A DNA stretch of 64,000 nucleotides from Moniliella sp. 'wahieum'. Lineage: Eukaryota. The stretch covers positions 248,001 to 312,000 of the forward strand of contig RSEE01000052.1 of assembly GCA_003971905.1 (NCBI GenBank). The letters run 5' to 3'. Of this stretch, positions 35,411 to 50,314 are shown in pieces (within the stretch, counting starts at the first letter, position 1; each line of letters begins with the position of its first letter). The notes under the pieces are model-generated. The model made no database searches and was not told the origin of the DNA. It was given only the letters and a program-made list of their open reading frames with translations. The position numbers and the translations under genes were made by a program.

Positions 35411-37490
35411 TTAAGGTTCGGTGGGCTCGGATTGAGATTGGGACTGCTGGGAGGGGGGAAGCGAGGTTGCTGCGTTCCTCCAATCCTCCTCAGCCGGTGC
35501 GGCTGGCTTAGCAGCTTCGTCCGAGGGGCGAGTGTAAGATGCTTGAGACTCAATCCTTTAGGACGATACGTGTCCACAGCCTCGATCGGCAGCTTGTACC
35601 GCACCTCGTCACACCCATAGGCTTGGGAGTGAGCTGGATGACCGTGTGCGGGGGATTTTAATGTACGGCAGCTCTTGCTGGGTCTTGGATTGGAAATAGG
35701 CGTAAAGGCAGCGCAAGATGGCCTGATGACCAATATAAGAATGTTCTCTTGTCGCTCCAGCTCCATGATGATTGGCTCCAGACGCACCACCACATCACGG
35801 TACGACTCGCCGCCGCGGTAGCGGTAATTGAACTTGTCTTCGTCCCGCGCCGCCGAGTCGTCGGGAAGTACATCTCAATCTCCTCATACGTCATGGAATC
35901 GGACACCCCAGCGTCCAGTTCATCCACTTCCAGCCAGCTTGGGGTAGGGCAGCAGCGATGCTGTTTGCCCCGTCCGGCGCAAGGTGGAGTGCCACACAGT
36001 CAGAGGCGTATCCTGACCAATGTTATCCTTGATCAATTGCGGGAGCGCCTTGGCGTAGGCCCAGCCCCTTTCGCTGAGATCTGCATCGCCGCCAATTTTG
36101 CCCTGCACATTGAACTCCGACTCGCCGTGGCGTGAGAAGAAATGTTGCGGGGCGTGAGATGGAGGTTCATGAGGTAAAACGCGATCCTTGATTCGAGGTA
36201 GCCTTGGATCTTGTTGGTTACCACTTGCTTGCCCACGTCGTAAATCTTACAGTAGGACAGGTGGGTTCGGTTTCGTCGGCATTGACTGACTCGTACGCCA
36301 GCTTGGTACTGTTCAATGCGGGCAAGAAAGTCGCGCTTGGCCGCCTCGGGATCGAATTTGGCATAGTCGGGGTCGTTGCTCCGTACCTTCACTGCCACAT
36401 TGGCTGCGACCACTTTGGGGTCGGTGCAGATCGACTCGAGAAAGATGAGGCGTAGGTCAGGCTCTTTGGCAACGCGCTCGGCGATCGCCTGCCGACGCGC
36501 ACGGGTGGTGTTGGTCGCATCGTGAATGCCAACATTTCCACCTTGTTTGAGGAAAGCGATGAGCTGTTCAAGACACTCGCTGGCCCACAGGGAACGCTGC
36601 TTGTATGCCTGGGGGTTGTTGGGGTCAAAGAAGGAGGCTGTGTGGTCCTCGATTTGGCCCGACTTTGTAAGCGATGCTTAGCGACAGCCCGGCGTAGCTG
36701 CCCCACATTAAACACCTTGACATCGTACTCGAGCCATTGAAGGTAGCGTTTTACTTTTTGTGCAGTAAAAGACTTGCCTGTTGCGGGCAAACCCACCATG
36801 GCCACGACGATCTTTTGCTCCGAGTAGTCCGGCCGGGGCCCAAGCTCGCCCAGGTTGGGTGGCGTGCCAGGGGAGAATAGGCTGGGTCATACTCGACCTG
36901 TCCGGGATGGAGAGGGGCGTGAATGCCCCTTGGGGGAGCCGACAGCTGAAGGAAATTGGCTGATTCGAGCTGACCCAGAGGCATCCAACACGCCCGAGCC
37001 AGCAGCGGCCTGAGCTGGGAGGTGACCAGTTCTGGGTGATCCGTAGCAGCGCCTGGAGGCCATCTGAGGAGCTGGCCAGACGGCTGGACGCAACCGCAGC
37101 AGCAAAACGCTCCTTTTGCGAAGTCGAAGTGGGGGGCGGGGCGGGAGGTGTGGTGAGTCGTCTGGCCCGCGGCGGCCATAGAGGCAGCCGAGGGGGTGTG
37201 GGCACCGTGGTGGTGACAGCGGCGCTATTGATGGAAGCAGCGCGGGCGAGGCCGCTGCCGTGGCGGTGGTGGACGCTGGGGCTGGGCCTGGGCCTGGGCT
37301 GGGTTAGCTGGGGCTGGGGCGGGAGCGGGAGCGATGGGCGGGAGGTGATGGTCCGGGAGGCAGGCTGCGGGGACGAGGACGGGTGCTCGGCCGTTGGGGT
37401 GGCGGGTGTGGTGGTGAAGAGGGCGAGGCAGACGGGACCCGCGGCGGGCATGGTGGGGATGGTGGGGTGCGGGTGCGGGTGGGGGGGCAT
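35411..37490 (-). CDS. 6-phosphofructo-2-kinase / fructose-2,6-bisphosphatase (frameshifted)
   Basis: MVGLPATGKS P-loop, VFNVGQLRR, HDATNTT, RHGES phosphatase motif, GKIGGDADLS, DELDAG, RLEPIIMELERQ, AYGCDE. Pro-rich N-terminus, start uncertain. Confidence 0.92.
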
Positions 37491-39285
37491 GGCGACGGTC
37501 CAAGCGATGGGGGTGGCAGTGGTGCGACGGGCAGAGGCCAGCTATGTGACCAAAGAGCGCAATGCGCGGGGGCGGCAGGGCGGTGGCCGGGGAGTGCCAC
37601 ACTGGTGCTGTGCCCACCCCACCGCTGCGCCGCGTGCATGCGTCACATCGCTCGGTGATCGTGGTCGTCTTTTTTCCCACACCTCTCCAATCGTCGGCAA
37701 CCATCCATCCCATGCGCCAACATCTCACTGTGGAAGCATGCCCTCGCGTCCGACGCAGCGTCCACTCTGACGGAACACTGGTACCACCAACACAAGGTAT
37801 AGCAGTAGGTGCTATGTGGACCACGTGGACGAGGAACCCCGAACATATGGATACCCTTAGGCAATATGGGCCAGGGATGGATGGATGGGCAAAGGCTACA
37901 CACACAGGGATGCATTCCGAAAGGCGCGGCCAAAAAACCTGCGAAAAGGATGCATAGGAACGAGAGGGACCACCCTCGCAGTGGCTAGAGAGGGAGACTG
38001 TCAGTTCTTTTTATTGGATGGGGCGTGTTGTCCCGTGGTCTGAGATGTTGATGACGTTGTTGATGTTTCTGGTAATATAGCGGCCAGCAGCTACCTTTGG
38101 TGGCACCGAGTCCTTTTTCGCTGCCGAACGCGGGGTCGATTCGAGGTGGAGTGGCAAATATTGCAAGTTGCAGCAACACCCCATCCACGGGCGTTGGGTC
38201 TGCATGTCGTGTTGTGGATGATCGATGAGCGCTGAGCGCTGATGGACGGAGGCAGGCTCTGTTGTGTCTCTGCAAGCATGCTCGCTCATGCCCACTTACA
38301 CCAAAACGCCCATCACCACCGTCGCCCTCGGGGACCACTTGGCGATGAATACCACCAACCATGCGCATGCGAAGCCAAGCGTGGCGTTAATTGCTGGACC
38401 CACAGCAGGCCGCACCCAACAACACTTGATCATATGAATCTCGTGAAGACTGTGTGTGAACTTGGTATAAATCACGGAAGATACAGTTCTTTTGCTGCCA
38501 AGACTACTACCTCTTCGCACAACGGGCAAGGGTATACATGCTCAGAGTGTGGCGTGTATAGTGTGCGCGGTAGTATGTGCGATGGTCACGCGGGTTCTTT
38601 TATCCGTTCTGGGACCCCCCTTCCATAACTCCACCATAGGGCGCCGTAGAGATCCATGCCAAAGCAGCGATTGTTGCCGGCCATTCGACGGTGCGGCCAA
38701 TGAGTCAGTGGCCCATTCCGGGTGCGACGTGCCCGCCGTGTGGAACGGTGCCCAGGCCACGTGCCGCTGGGTGCCTATGGCGACTGCTGTTACATGTTAC
38801 GATACATGCTCCCCCCACAGGCGGCAGTGTGGCGTATCGCCTGACTGGGTGCGGATATATATACGCAGCCGAGCGATTGGGGGGCTGCCGTTGCAATCCA
38901 TGAGAATCATCAACCATCGTCCAGGGGCGACCGATGACGGTCACATGACCTCATACACGCTCGGGCCCTCCTCCTCCTGCCGCGTCTCGGCGCGTCTGTC
39001 CTGCCGGCTAGCTTGGGTGTCTACCTGCGCTTGCATCTCGCGCCTCGGCGCGGTCCAGGCGGGGGCGTACCGCGCTCGGACGCAGCCGGTTGCTCGTACT
39101 TGCTCATACGATCCAAGATGGCTCCTTTCTCACGGTACCTCTTCCCCACTGTCTGGCTGGGATAGATCCCCATTCATAGAAATCAATGTACAGGCAAGGA
39201 ACAACAGGGACAAAACACGGCATGGTGGCAGAGAGCGGGGCAGGCACGGCGAAGGACGCGTAACGACTCACGCGAGGTATTAGAG

Positions 39286-40409
39286 TTACTCTTTCGCCCG
39301 CTTGGCGGGCGGCAAGTCCCCGTTTGTCGACGTGGGGCGCTTGCGCGGGTCGACGGCAGCCGCGTCAGGCGCCGCCGCTTCAATCCCAGAGCGACCCCAA
39401 CTTGGTTGTCCGTCGGTTCCGCGTCCTTGCCCGCGTCAATCGTTGTCGTTGCCGCCGCCGCGCCATCGTGCGGCGCGGAAGGCGCGGCAACGGCGGGAGC
39501 CGACGGTGCCGGCGCGCCGGCGCACTCGGTTCGCCCGTCTCCTCCGGCCGCTGACGCAGATGATCCGGGAGAACAAGCGCGCTGATGTCAGTCCGTGGGT
39601 CGAGGAGATGGGTAAAGCCGAGCTTGTGGCCGAGGGCGTGAATGCGATCGAGTTCGAGCGAGAGCGCTTGGGCTTGGGCCGACGCGTCGGACAAGGCTTG
39701 GTCCATCAACAGTTTTTCCACTGTCCATTTTTCAATGTTGGCAGCCTCGTTGGACTTGAGCGTCTTGATGTACTCTACGGCGCGGCTTAGGATCGAACCC
39801 TTGTTTACCGTCGCCCGGCCGGGCCCAAACTCCGATTCCCCCGCCACGCCACACCCAGGCACGATCCCAGCCAAGGCACCGATGCCATTGTTGATCGTCT
39901 GGCGACGCCGACGCTCCACTTCTTTCTGCAGCAGGGAAAGACGCGTCAGATCGAGTCAATAAGGAGAAGAGGGGGCAGACGTACATGGCTGATCCGTCGG
40001 TTGGATTCCTCTGCTTTGCCCACCACATGTTCGAGCGTCGTGTTGGCCCAGCCAGAACCAGAACTGGCGTCGGGGTCGTCAGGAAGAACGGAGGCCTGGG
40101 GCAGGCCGTGGGCCGGAGCCCCGGGAGCGGAAGCAGGCACCGACGTTTGGGCCAGATCCGGGGCCGGAGCTGAAGGTGGAGCTGGAGCTGGAGCTGAAGC
40201 TGGAGCTGAAGCTAGGGCTGGGGCTGGGGCAGGAGCAGGAGCGGGAGCGGGGGCGGGAGCGGGAGGAGGTGGAGCAGGGGCGGGCGCGGTAATGGGCGCG
40301 GGAACCGTGGTTGGGCAGAGGCTGTGCCGAGAACCGGGGCGGGCGCGGGCGGGGGAGGAAGCGGGGGGGACGCGCTTTGGGCGGGGACGGCAGGGGCGGG
40401 GGATGCCAT
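39286..40409 (-). CDS. CBF1: bHLH-zipper transcription factor, Cbf1-like, 1 intron
   Basis: SH|KEVERRRRQTINNGI..IVPGC..NKGSILSRAVEYIKTLKSNEAANIEKWTVEKLLMDQA; Ala-Pro repeat N-terminus; C-terminal PPAKRAKE* NLS-like. Intron 39984-39926. Confidence 0.88.
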
Positions 40410-40661
40410 GGTGAGGGCGGTGGGTACGGGTGGGCGTGGGCGCAGGCGGGAGAGGCGGCTGGCCAAGGCAAGCAAGCCAGGCGAGCAGGGCTGGGCAGGT
40501 GGTGGTGGGAGATAGAGAGCACGTGACAGATCCCGTGCCAAAATCCCGTGCGCGGACCACGTGAGGCGGCGGGCGGCGGCAGCGCAGGCAGGAGGCAGGG
40601 GGCAGCACGCAGCTGCTGAGGCGCAGCCCTGAGCACAGCACTGCGCCAGCCCTGGGGGGAC

Positions 40662-40720
40662 ACAGCAGCACCAGCCAGCACCAGCCAGCACCCAGCACCA
40701 GCCAGCACCAGCCAGCACCC
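40662..40720 (+). repeat. (CAGCACCAGC)n-type array upstream of CBF1
   Basis: acagcagcaccagccagcaccagccagcacccagcaccagccagcaccagccagcaccc. Confidence 0.8.
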
Positions 40721-41108
40721 GCTCCGCCCCACCGCTCACCGCTGTGAGGTCATCGTCCGGTGTCACCAGCCGCCTCGCTGCCCCTGTGCTGCCGCGACTG
40801 ACGTAAGGAGGCTGCGCTCGCCCTCGCCCGGAGCCTGTCTTGGCCCCTGCAGCTCCCTGTCTGTGTCATGTGCTGGACACCCAATCACGTGCTCTGCCGT
40901 GGTTGAACGTGTGTACATGCAACTAGAGCTAAGCGCTACCAGCCGATGTCCTCCTCGTGTTTGCATGCAGCACACGCGATGGAAATTGATAGTGTGTACA
41001 GCTATTGTGTGGCGATGGGGCGGTGGTGGCGTGGTGGTGGCGGTGGGCCCGATATAGATGGGTTACCAGCATGCTCGTCCACAGGGAGCAAGGAAAAATA
41101 AAATGCAG

Positions 41109-42776
41109 TCACACCCGCTCGGCCGCCATCGCGTCCAGCTCGGCGTCCAGTTGGGCACGCGCGCTTTGGTCATCCGCGGCACGGTGCGACCCCGTCCGCA
41201 CCGCCTCCGCTGCCAGCGCCTTGATGCGCGCCGCCTCGGCACGCGCCTCGCCTGCCTGTTCCTGCGCACGCTTGGCCGCCTCGGTGGCGGCCGGGATGAG
41301 GGTGCCGAGCTCACGCAGGCGCACCATCGTCGCCGTCTTGGTCTCGGCCGAAGGCGGAGGTACCGCCAATAAGCCCCCCATCAACCGTTTTTGTTCAGCT
41401 AGCAACGCTTCGACCCGCATCGCTTGCGTCTTGGCCTCGGCCGTCGCGGTGGCTGCCGCCCCCAGCGCGCGCATCTCTGCGTAGGGAGTGGCAGGCGCGC
41501 TCGCGTGGGTGCCCGCGTGCGGGCTGGGGGACGGACCATTGTGCTGGGCAGAGGGCGAAGCCACATGCGCACCAGGCGCCGATGGTACCGGACGAGACGC
41601 ATGGAAGCCACCGCCCCTACCTCGGCCGCGTCCCCGTGCGGCGCCGCCTCGGCGCGAATCCCCTGGCCGGTCACGACCATCGGCAAAAAAGACACGGACA
41701 AAGCGAGAGGAGAAGAACCCCCTTGGGTCGGCAAGGGTCGCTTGCGCTGCACTTTTGCCTTGCGGAGCTGCAAACACCACTACCGCCTGCTTGCCCTCTG
41801 GGTCCAGGTCGATCGCCTCGATCGCCCCATAGGCAGAGAAGGTGGTGTGAATCACCGCCTCCGTCAGCGCATGCTCGGGCAAGTTTTCAACCACAATCGC
41901 CGCGTCCGCATCGTACTTGCTCAAATCAAGGGTGGGACGCAGTGGGCGCTCTGGGCGGTCGGGCCGGCCAGAGCGGTGGGTATTGGTCGGGTCACGATTA
42001 GGCTGCTCGTGCGAGACGCGCACAGCGAGGCGATCCGGTCGAGCTTCATAGCCACTGCGATCTTGTCGCTCTCGTGGCCGTGCCGCGCCATACGCTGCTT
42101 GGGAAGGGGGCGGGGACCCGGCGCAAACTGTGGTTTGGACGGGAGCGAGGCCGAAATGGGGAGAGAAGCTCCGATGCGAATGCCGCCCGGTACGCTGGGC
42201 TGGAGTCGACCGAGTTGGGGACCACCTTGGAACGGCGGCAGGTACGCGTCCCGTCCGGCTCCGGCTCCGGCTTTGGCTCCGGTTCCTCGATCCCGGCGGG
42301 GGGAGAGGGAACGTCTTCTTCTCTCGCCTCGTGGATCAGGGTTGACTTGGGGGGCATGGGAATAGTGACAGGATTCACCGCGAGCGCAGTAGCCGCGTTG
42401 ATGGAAATCAAAACACGGGCGCAACCTGCGGGTCCGAGGCGCGGGCGCACTGGCTTCCTCCGCCTCGTTGTTCACATGCAGCTCGGCCGGGGCCGGGGCA
42501 GGTTGGGGGGGTGGGGCAGGATCTGGGACAGCGGGTGAAAGGGGTGGAGGGGTGGAGGGGGGCTGGAGGTGGGCAACGAGGTCGGCGACAAACGCGTCGG
42601 TGGCATCGGCGAGAAAGTCAGAGAGCTCGCGTGGAGGTGGTGGAGAGGCGCGGGCCGGGCTCAGCGGTGCGGAGCAAGGCCTGGACGTAGTCCACCAGCA
42701 CCTCGTGCTCCGAGGGGTCGGTGAGCGGCCGGAGCCGGTCCTGGATCCACGCGTGGACAGCCTGGTCGACGAGCAT
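41109..42776 (-). CDS. PWI + CCCH zinc finger + RRM RNA-binding protein (RBM26/27, Rmn1-like), frameshifted
   Basis: MLVDQAVHAWIQDRLRPLTD..VLVDYVQALLR..ELSDFLADATDAFV (PWI); CFDFHQRGYCARGESCHYSH (CCCH); IVVENLPE..TFSAYGAI..AVVVF..FFSSRFVRVF (RRM). Confidence 0.85.
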
Positions 42777-43132
42777 GGCCGGCAGCAACGGCCGAGTGGA
42801 GGGCAACGGGAGCGGCGCGCGCGCGCGGGCCGCTTGGCTGGCGGGAAACGGCACGGACGACGCACCTGGCCGGCCAGCCGGATCTGACGTAAGGCCGAGG
42901 AGGCGTGTCCTGTCTCCTACAGGCGAAGGTGTGACGCGGTAAGACGCGCCATGATGCATGATTAATGAAGCCTAACTATAACCTCAAGTCCTAAGTAGGC
43001 AGCCCAGTGGATACACAGCAATACCAGTACATTTGTGCTCCACCCACCTCTGCCGTCGCCTCCACTTCGAGGGCAGCAGATGGGCACACCTCGCATCTCC
43101 TCGCCGCCTTCCGCCTCCTCCGGCACGCCTCG

Positions 43133-46004
<2,872 letters not shown>

Positions 46005-46089
46005 GGTGGGTTTGCGGTGGTGGTGGCGGCAGAAGCACTGCGTGCGAACGGCAAACGGCAGCCCACGAAGCTCGCCCCCCGCCAACGCC

Positions 46090-46217
46090 GACGTGGCGCG
46101 TGACGCGACGCGGCACGGCGCGAGTCGCGAGTCGCGTCACGCGCCCCTGTCTGGACGCGACGTGGTGTGACGCGTGGTGTGACGCGACGTGACGCGCAAC
46201 GCGGCTTGGAACACGCG
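46090..46217. promoter_or_regulatory. Dense cluster of MCB-like (WCGCG) elements in the MCM6 promoter
   Basis: More than ten ACGCG/TCGCG/CGCGT cores, e.g. gtgacgcgacgcg, gtcgcgagtcgcgtcacgcg, gtgacgcgt, gtgacgcgacgtgacgcgcaacgcg. Confidence 0.7.
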
Positions 46218-46686
46218 GTGGGATCCGAGTTCCGCACTTGCGTTGAAGTTGAAATTCTGGCCCTTTGGCCGTAGGGTTAAGCTTAACGTTACGCGTTACG
46301 CCAGGAGCGGGCTGCGGAGAGCATTGCAAGACGGCTGGCTGCTCCTGCGCTCGCTAATAATTCTCGCTCCGCCACTGCAGCGGTGGGGTGGCGGGCACTG
46401 CCGGAACAGACGCAAACGGGTATTGGGAAGCATGTTCATCGGTCCCCTGTGTTCCTCTTCTCCTTCCCCCCCCGTCAGTCGTGAATTGGCGCAGGAAAGA
46501 CGGACAATACAGCGATTCACAGTATGGTTGTCTCCACTGCTGGCTGCTCATTGACTAGACGCTCCAGTTGCTTGACAGTCCTACATCATGGAGGGGCCGG
46601 GACAATCAGATTCCTAGGTACCAGGATTACAGGTGAAAAGGAGGAGAGAAGGACGACAGGTGTGGCGTATGACACAAGACAGAAGA

Positions 46687-46745
46687 CAGATGACATGATG
46701 ACAGATGACCCAAGGCAGATGACAGATGACAGATGACAGATGACA
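46687..46745 (+). repeat. (CAGATGA)n heptamer array
   Basis: Four perfect tandem units from 46716 plus degenerate upstream units, just 3' of the protease gene. Confidence 0.88.
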
Positions 46746-46812
46746 TGGACGGATGAGAAGGGCAAGGAATGCGAAGGTCCAGAATGTGTGCGGGCAAGAA
46801 GAAAGGGGGGCA

Positions 46813-48437
46813 TCACCACAAGAGAGCGAGTCCTAGGGCCAAAAGGAGGGGGAGGAAGACAGGACGCACGTTACTGGCGGGGGAGGTAGAGCTTGCGCTG
46901 GAAGCAGAGGGGCGGACCGTGTCTGTTGATGTGGAATGGGTTGCGACAGAGGAGGCACCGATGGAGGTGGCGGCCCCAGAGGAAGGAGACAAGGAAGCAG
47001 GGACCAAAGGGCTGGAAGCGGACCTGGAGGAGGCAGGGGCATCTGAAGAGGAGGAACCTGGGGAGGTGGAAGCGGCGGAGACAGCTTGGGTGGAGGAGGC
47101 AGCAGAGGAAGACGTGGAGGCGGAAGAAGAGTTGGAAGCAGAGTTCGGGGTAGAGGAAGAACCCGAAGGTGCCACAAACCCGATCGCGGCGGGGCTGGCA
47201 CGATAGGCAACCATGGGGAAGGACTTGATGGCCGCATCACCAAAGATGTAAGGTGGAGTGGAGGTCCCCGTGTTCAGCCCGACAACGGCGCCCAGGCACA
47301 TGGACCCACTGGAATCCAGCGCGCCGGCATTAAAGTCATCCGAACCGATCGGGTAGCTGTGGCCAGCCATTTTAACCGCAAAGTCAATCGAGGCCGAGCA
47401 AGGATACTGGTAGTAGCCCTCACTGTAGCCGTTGGCCGTGCCAGACTGGGGGATCTTGGCATAGATCTGCTTGGCAACACCGGGGGGCACAATGATCAAC
47501 GTGGTGCCCGTGTCCCAGGTCGCAGCGTCCTGCCCTTGAGAAGGAGTGATGGAGCTGCCGCCAACCGAGAAGCCGTCGAGGGAGACAGCCCAGTATCCCT
47601 GTTGTTGTGTGGCACTGTCCAGCCCCACCAGTTGACCGAGGAGCTGTACTGGCTTGGCATTTGGCCCAAGGTAAATGTCCCGCCAGGCTGACTTGTGCTC
47701 GAGGAAGAACCACGGGTGAGAGAGAAGGTGAAGACCTGGTCGGCCAGACCAGCGGCCTGCCAAAAGGGGGTGACGCCCTCGGCGCTAAGCGCAGCAAAGC
47801 CCAAGCCCATAATGCCTGCAGTGGGTGAGGAAAGCGTACTCTGCTGGACATTGGTCGCCACACCCACAGAAGCATTGGAGACGGTAGTGCCGGCAAGAGT
47901 CAACTTGTCCGTAGCCACCGTACCATTCAGGCCGCCCGAACCATAGGCGAGACTAAATGTTTTGCTGCCGGCCTTATACGTAGAGCTCTGAGACGGCTGG
48001 AAGCGGGTGATGCCCGAGCAGTCCGAGCAGCTGGACGAGGGGGTGATAAACCACGTGTCGGCACTACCCGTGTCCAAAAGAGTGGCAAGCGACTGGGCCG
48101 GAGAGCCGACCTGAACGGTCGTGTACCAGAAGGAGTCTTGGTTTGCGTTGGTCAACTGGGTCGATTGGCGTGCGCGTTGCTGGTCGGAAGAGCCGTAGCG
48201 GGCCTGGATGCGGGCCAGTTCGCGCTGGGCAAAGGCGTGCACCTCGTCGGGAGTGCGGGGTTGGTGACGACGGCGAAAGAGCGGGGCAGCGGCCGAGAGA
48301 CCGCGGCGCTGGGATCGGAATCGCACGGGCTGGGGCGCGGGCTGGCGCGGGGGGGAGGGCGCGGCAGCGGCATCCAGGCTGTTGCTGCTCGCGGCCAGCA
48401 CGAGGAGCAAGGTGAGGAAGAGGCTTGGGAGATGCAT
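46813..48437 (-). CDS. Secreted pepsin-family (A1) aspartic protease with Ser/Thr-rich tail and probable GPI signal
   Basis: Signal peptide MHLPSLFLTLLLVLAASS, LLDTGSADTW, YGSG, GIMGLGF, WDTGTTLI, YIFGD, Ser-rich stalk, hydrophobic end VFLPLLLALGLALLW*. One frameshift near 47620. Confidence 0.93.
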
Positions 48438-50314
48438 CGTAGAACGTCCAGCGTCGATCAGAGCCACGGCCGGCGTGGAGGGGAGAGAGAGCAGGTGGTG
48501 GTGCGCGTGGTGGAAGCCGGGGATGTGCCAAGCGCTTTTTAATTCGCAGCAGCCAGGCACTGGTGGGGCACTGGCAAGGCGCTGCCCTCCACGCAGCACG
48601 CCTGCCACGCCCGAAAGCGCAGTGCCGAGGGTGGCACAGCGCCAGTGTGGGCGGAGTGGCGGGTGTTTCAGGGGGCGTGTGGTGGCAGGCGAGTACTGAG
48701 TGGGCCAGTGCGGACGGACAATTCTTCCGTAGTCGCTCTACCCGCCTCCTTCACACCCTCTGCTCTCGGATCCTACGTCCATCCATCCTCCATCCATTCC
48801 CTCTCCGGACGAGCGGATAGTCCGCTGATGCAGCGCTGATGGTTACCACATCCTAATAGCTGTTGCTGAGGGGGAGAATGTAGATGTGACCGCTAGTGAC
48901 TAGTGAAACACCATCAGTCGCCGCCGACCTCGACGTAGCCATCTCCATCCATATGAAGACCCCACCATAGTGGACTTGTGGATGCGGGTGGAAAGTAGAT
49001 GCATTTTAATCGCCAACAACTTGTGCCCCGGCCCCTTCACGAAGCGATGCAAGAGAATAAGGGGTTGTCTTGCCGGTACTTGCACAGCCATGCTTTCGTT
49101 CCCACACCCTAGCACAACAGCATGAATACAAAGCGGAACTGCGCAGCAAAAGCCAGTCTTGTAGCTTATTTGCACCCCCTCCGTACGCACCTATGCTCAG
49201 AGACAGCCGAACTTCAAGAACGAGAGACACGACCAGTGGCAGGCATTCTCTTTCTCAGCATCCGGACTACTAGTATACCCTGGGCTGAGACAAAAAGACC
49301 AGCCAGACAGGACGGAAGTGTGGACCATAGGCTGAAAAATGACACGGGGGAACCTGCTGTGGCTGGCTCTAGGTGCACCGACCGCAGAAGGTTGCCCAAG
49401 AGTCCAAAGCGAAAGGCACCCGCGCGTCAGAGGAACGCAGAAAGAACCGCTCTAGGTATCCTTAATTGATTGGACGGATGCGTGGACAAATACAGATCTA
49501 GGCGCGAGAAAAAGTCATTTCCGCCCCCTCACAATCCCGAGGAGGGGATACTATGATGCCACCAACCTTGCCACAAACCTTCTGCCACGCGCGAAACTCA
49601 CATCCATGTGCACTCTGGTGCTATACCAGGCTGTACCCCCTTTGGTGACCAAGAGCATACTTTTTGTTGGCCACGTGCAACACTACTGGAGAAGAGACAG
49701 GAGGGTGACCCCATCAGAGAGGCAGGGTCTGGGCCTGTGGTGGGCGTACTGGCTGCCAAGCCGATAAAACTGAGTGAAAGCTCCAATCGAGGAGTAAGAG
49801 TTTGTCTCTGCGGCTCATCACCACACGATAAAGTCACGCCAAAGTAGGAGTTTATCTTGACCAGTGGCTACATCCAGGGGAGGGGGGGGGCAGATGGGAG
49901 AGTGGAGGCTGTCTGTCAGGCCACTGCCCTCCCGGGCGCTGTGGTGCTGCTGGGGACGCTTTCTTTGGAGGGATTGGCCAGGGGGGGCGCGTGTGCGTCA
50001 TGTGGGTGGAATGGAAGGGGCGCGGGTGTCGTGGGCGTGGCTGAGGCTGAGGATGGACGAGAGATGGGCTGCGATGCTCGGCCAGAGCGCGGCGACCGCC
50101 GCTCGTCTCTCAGCCTGAACTCAGCCTTGGCCGCTCGTCTCTTCCAGCCGCCGGGCGCGCCGACGCTGCCTGGCCACACGCGACACTGGCGCAGTGCGGC
50201 GGGCGCTCGGGCCCCCGAACTGTGCATGGGTCGCATCACGCATTCCCCAGCCCTCATTCCACGCCCTCTTGGCCTCCCCCTCGCCCTCTTCCCGCCCCCA
50301 CCAACCCCCCTGCC

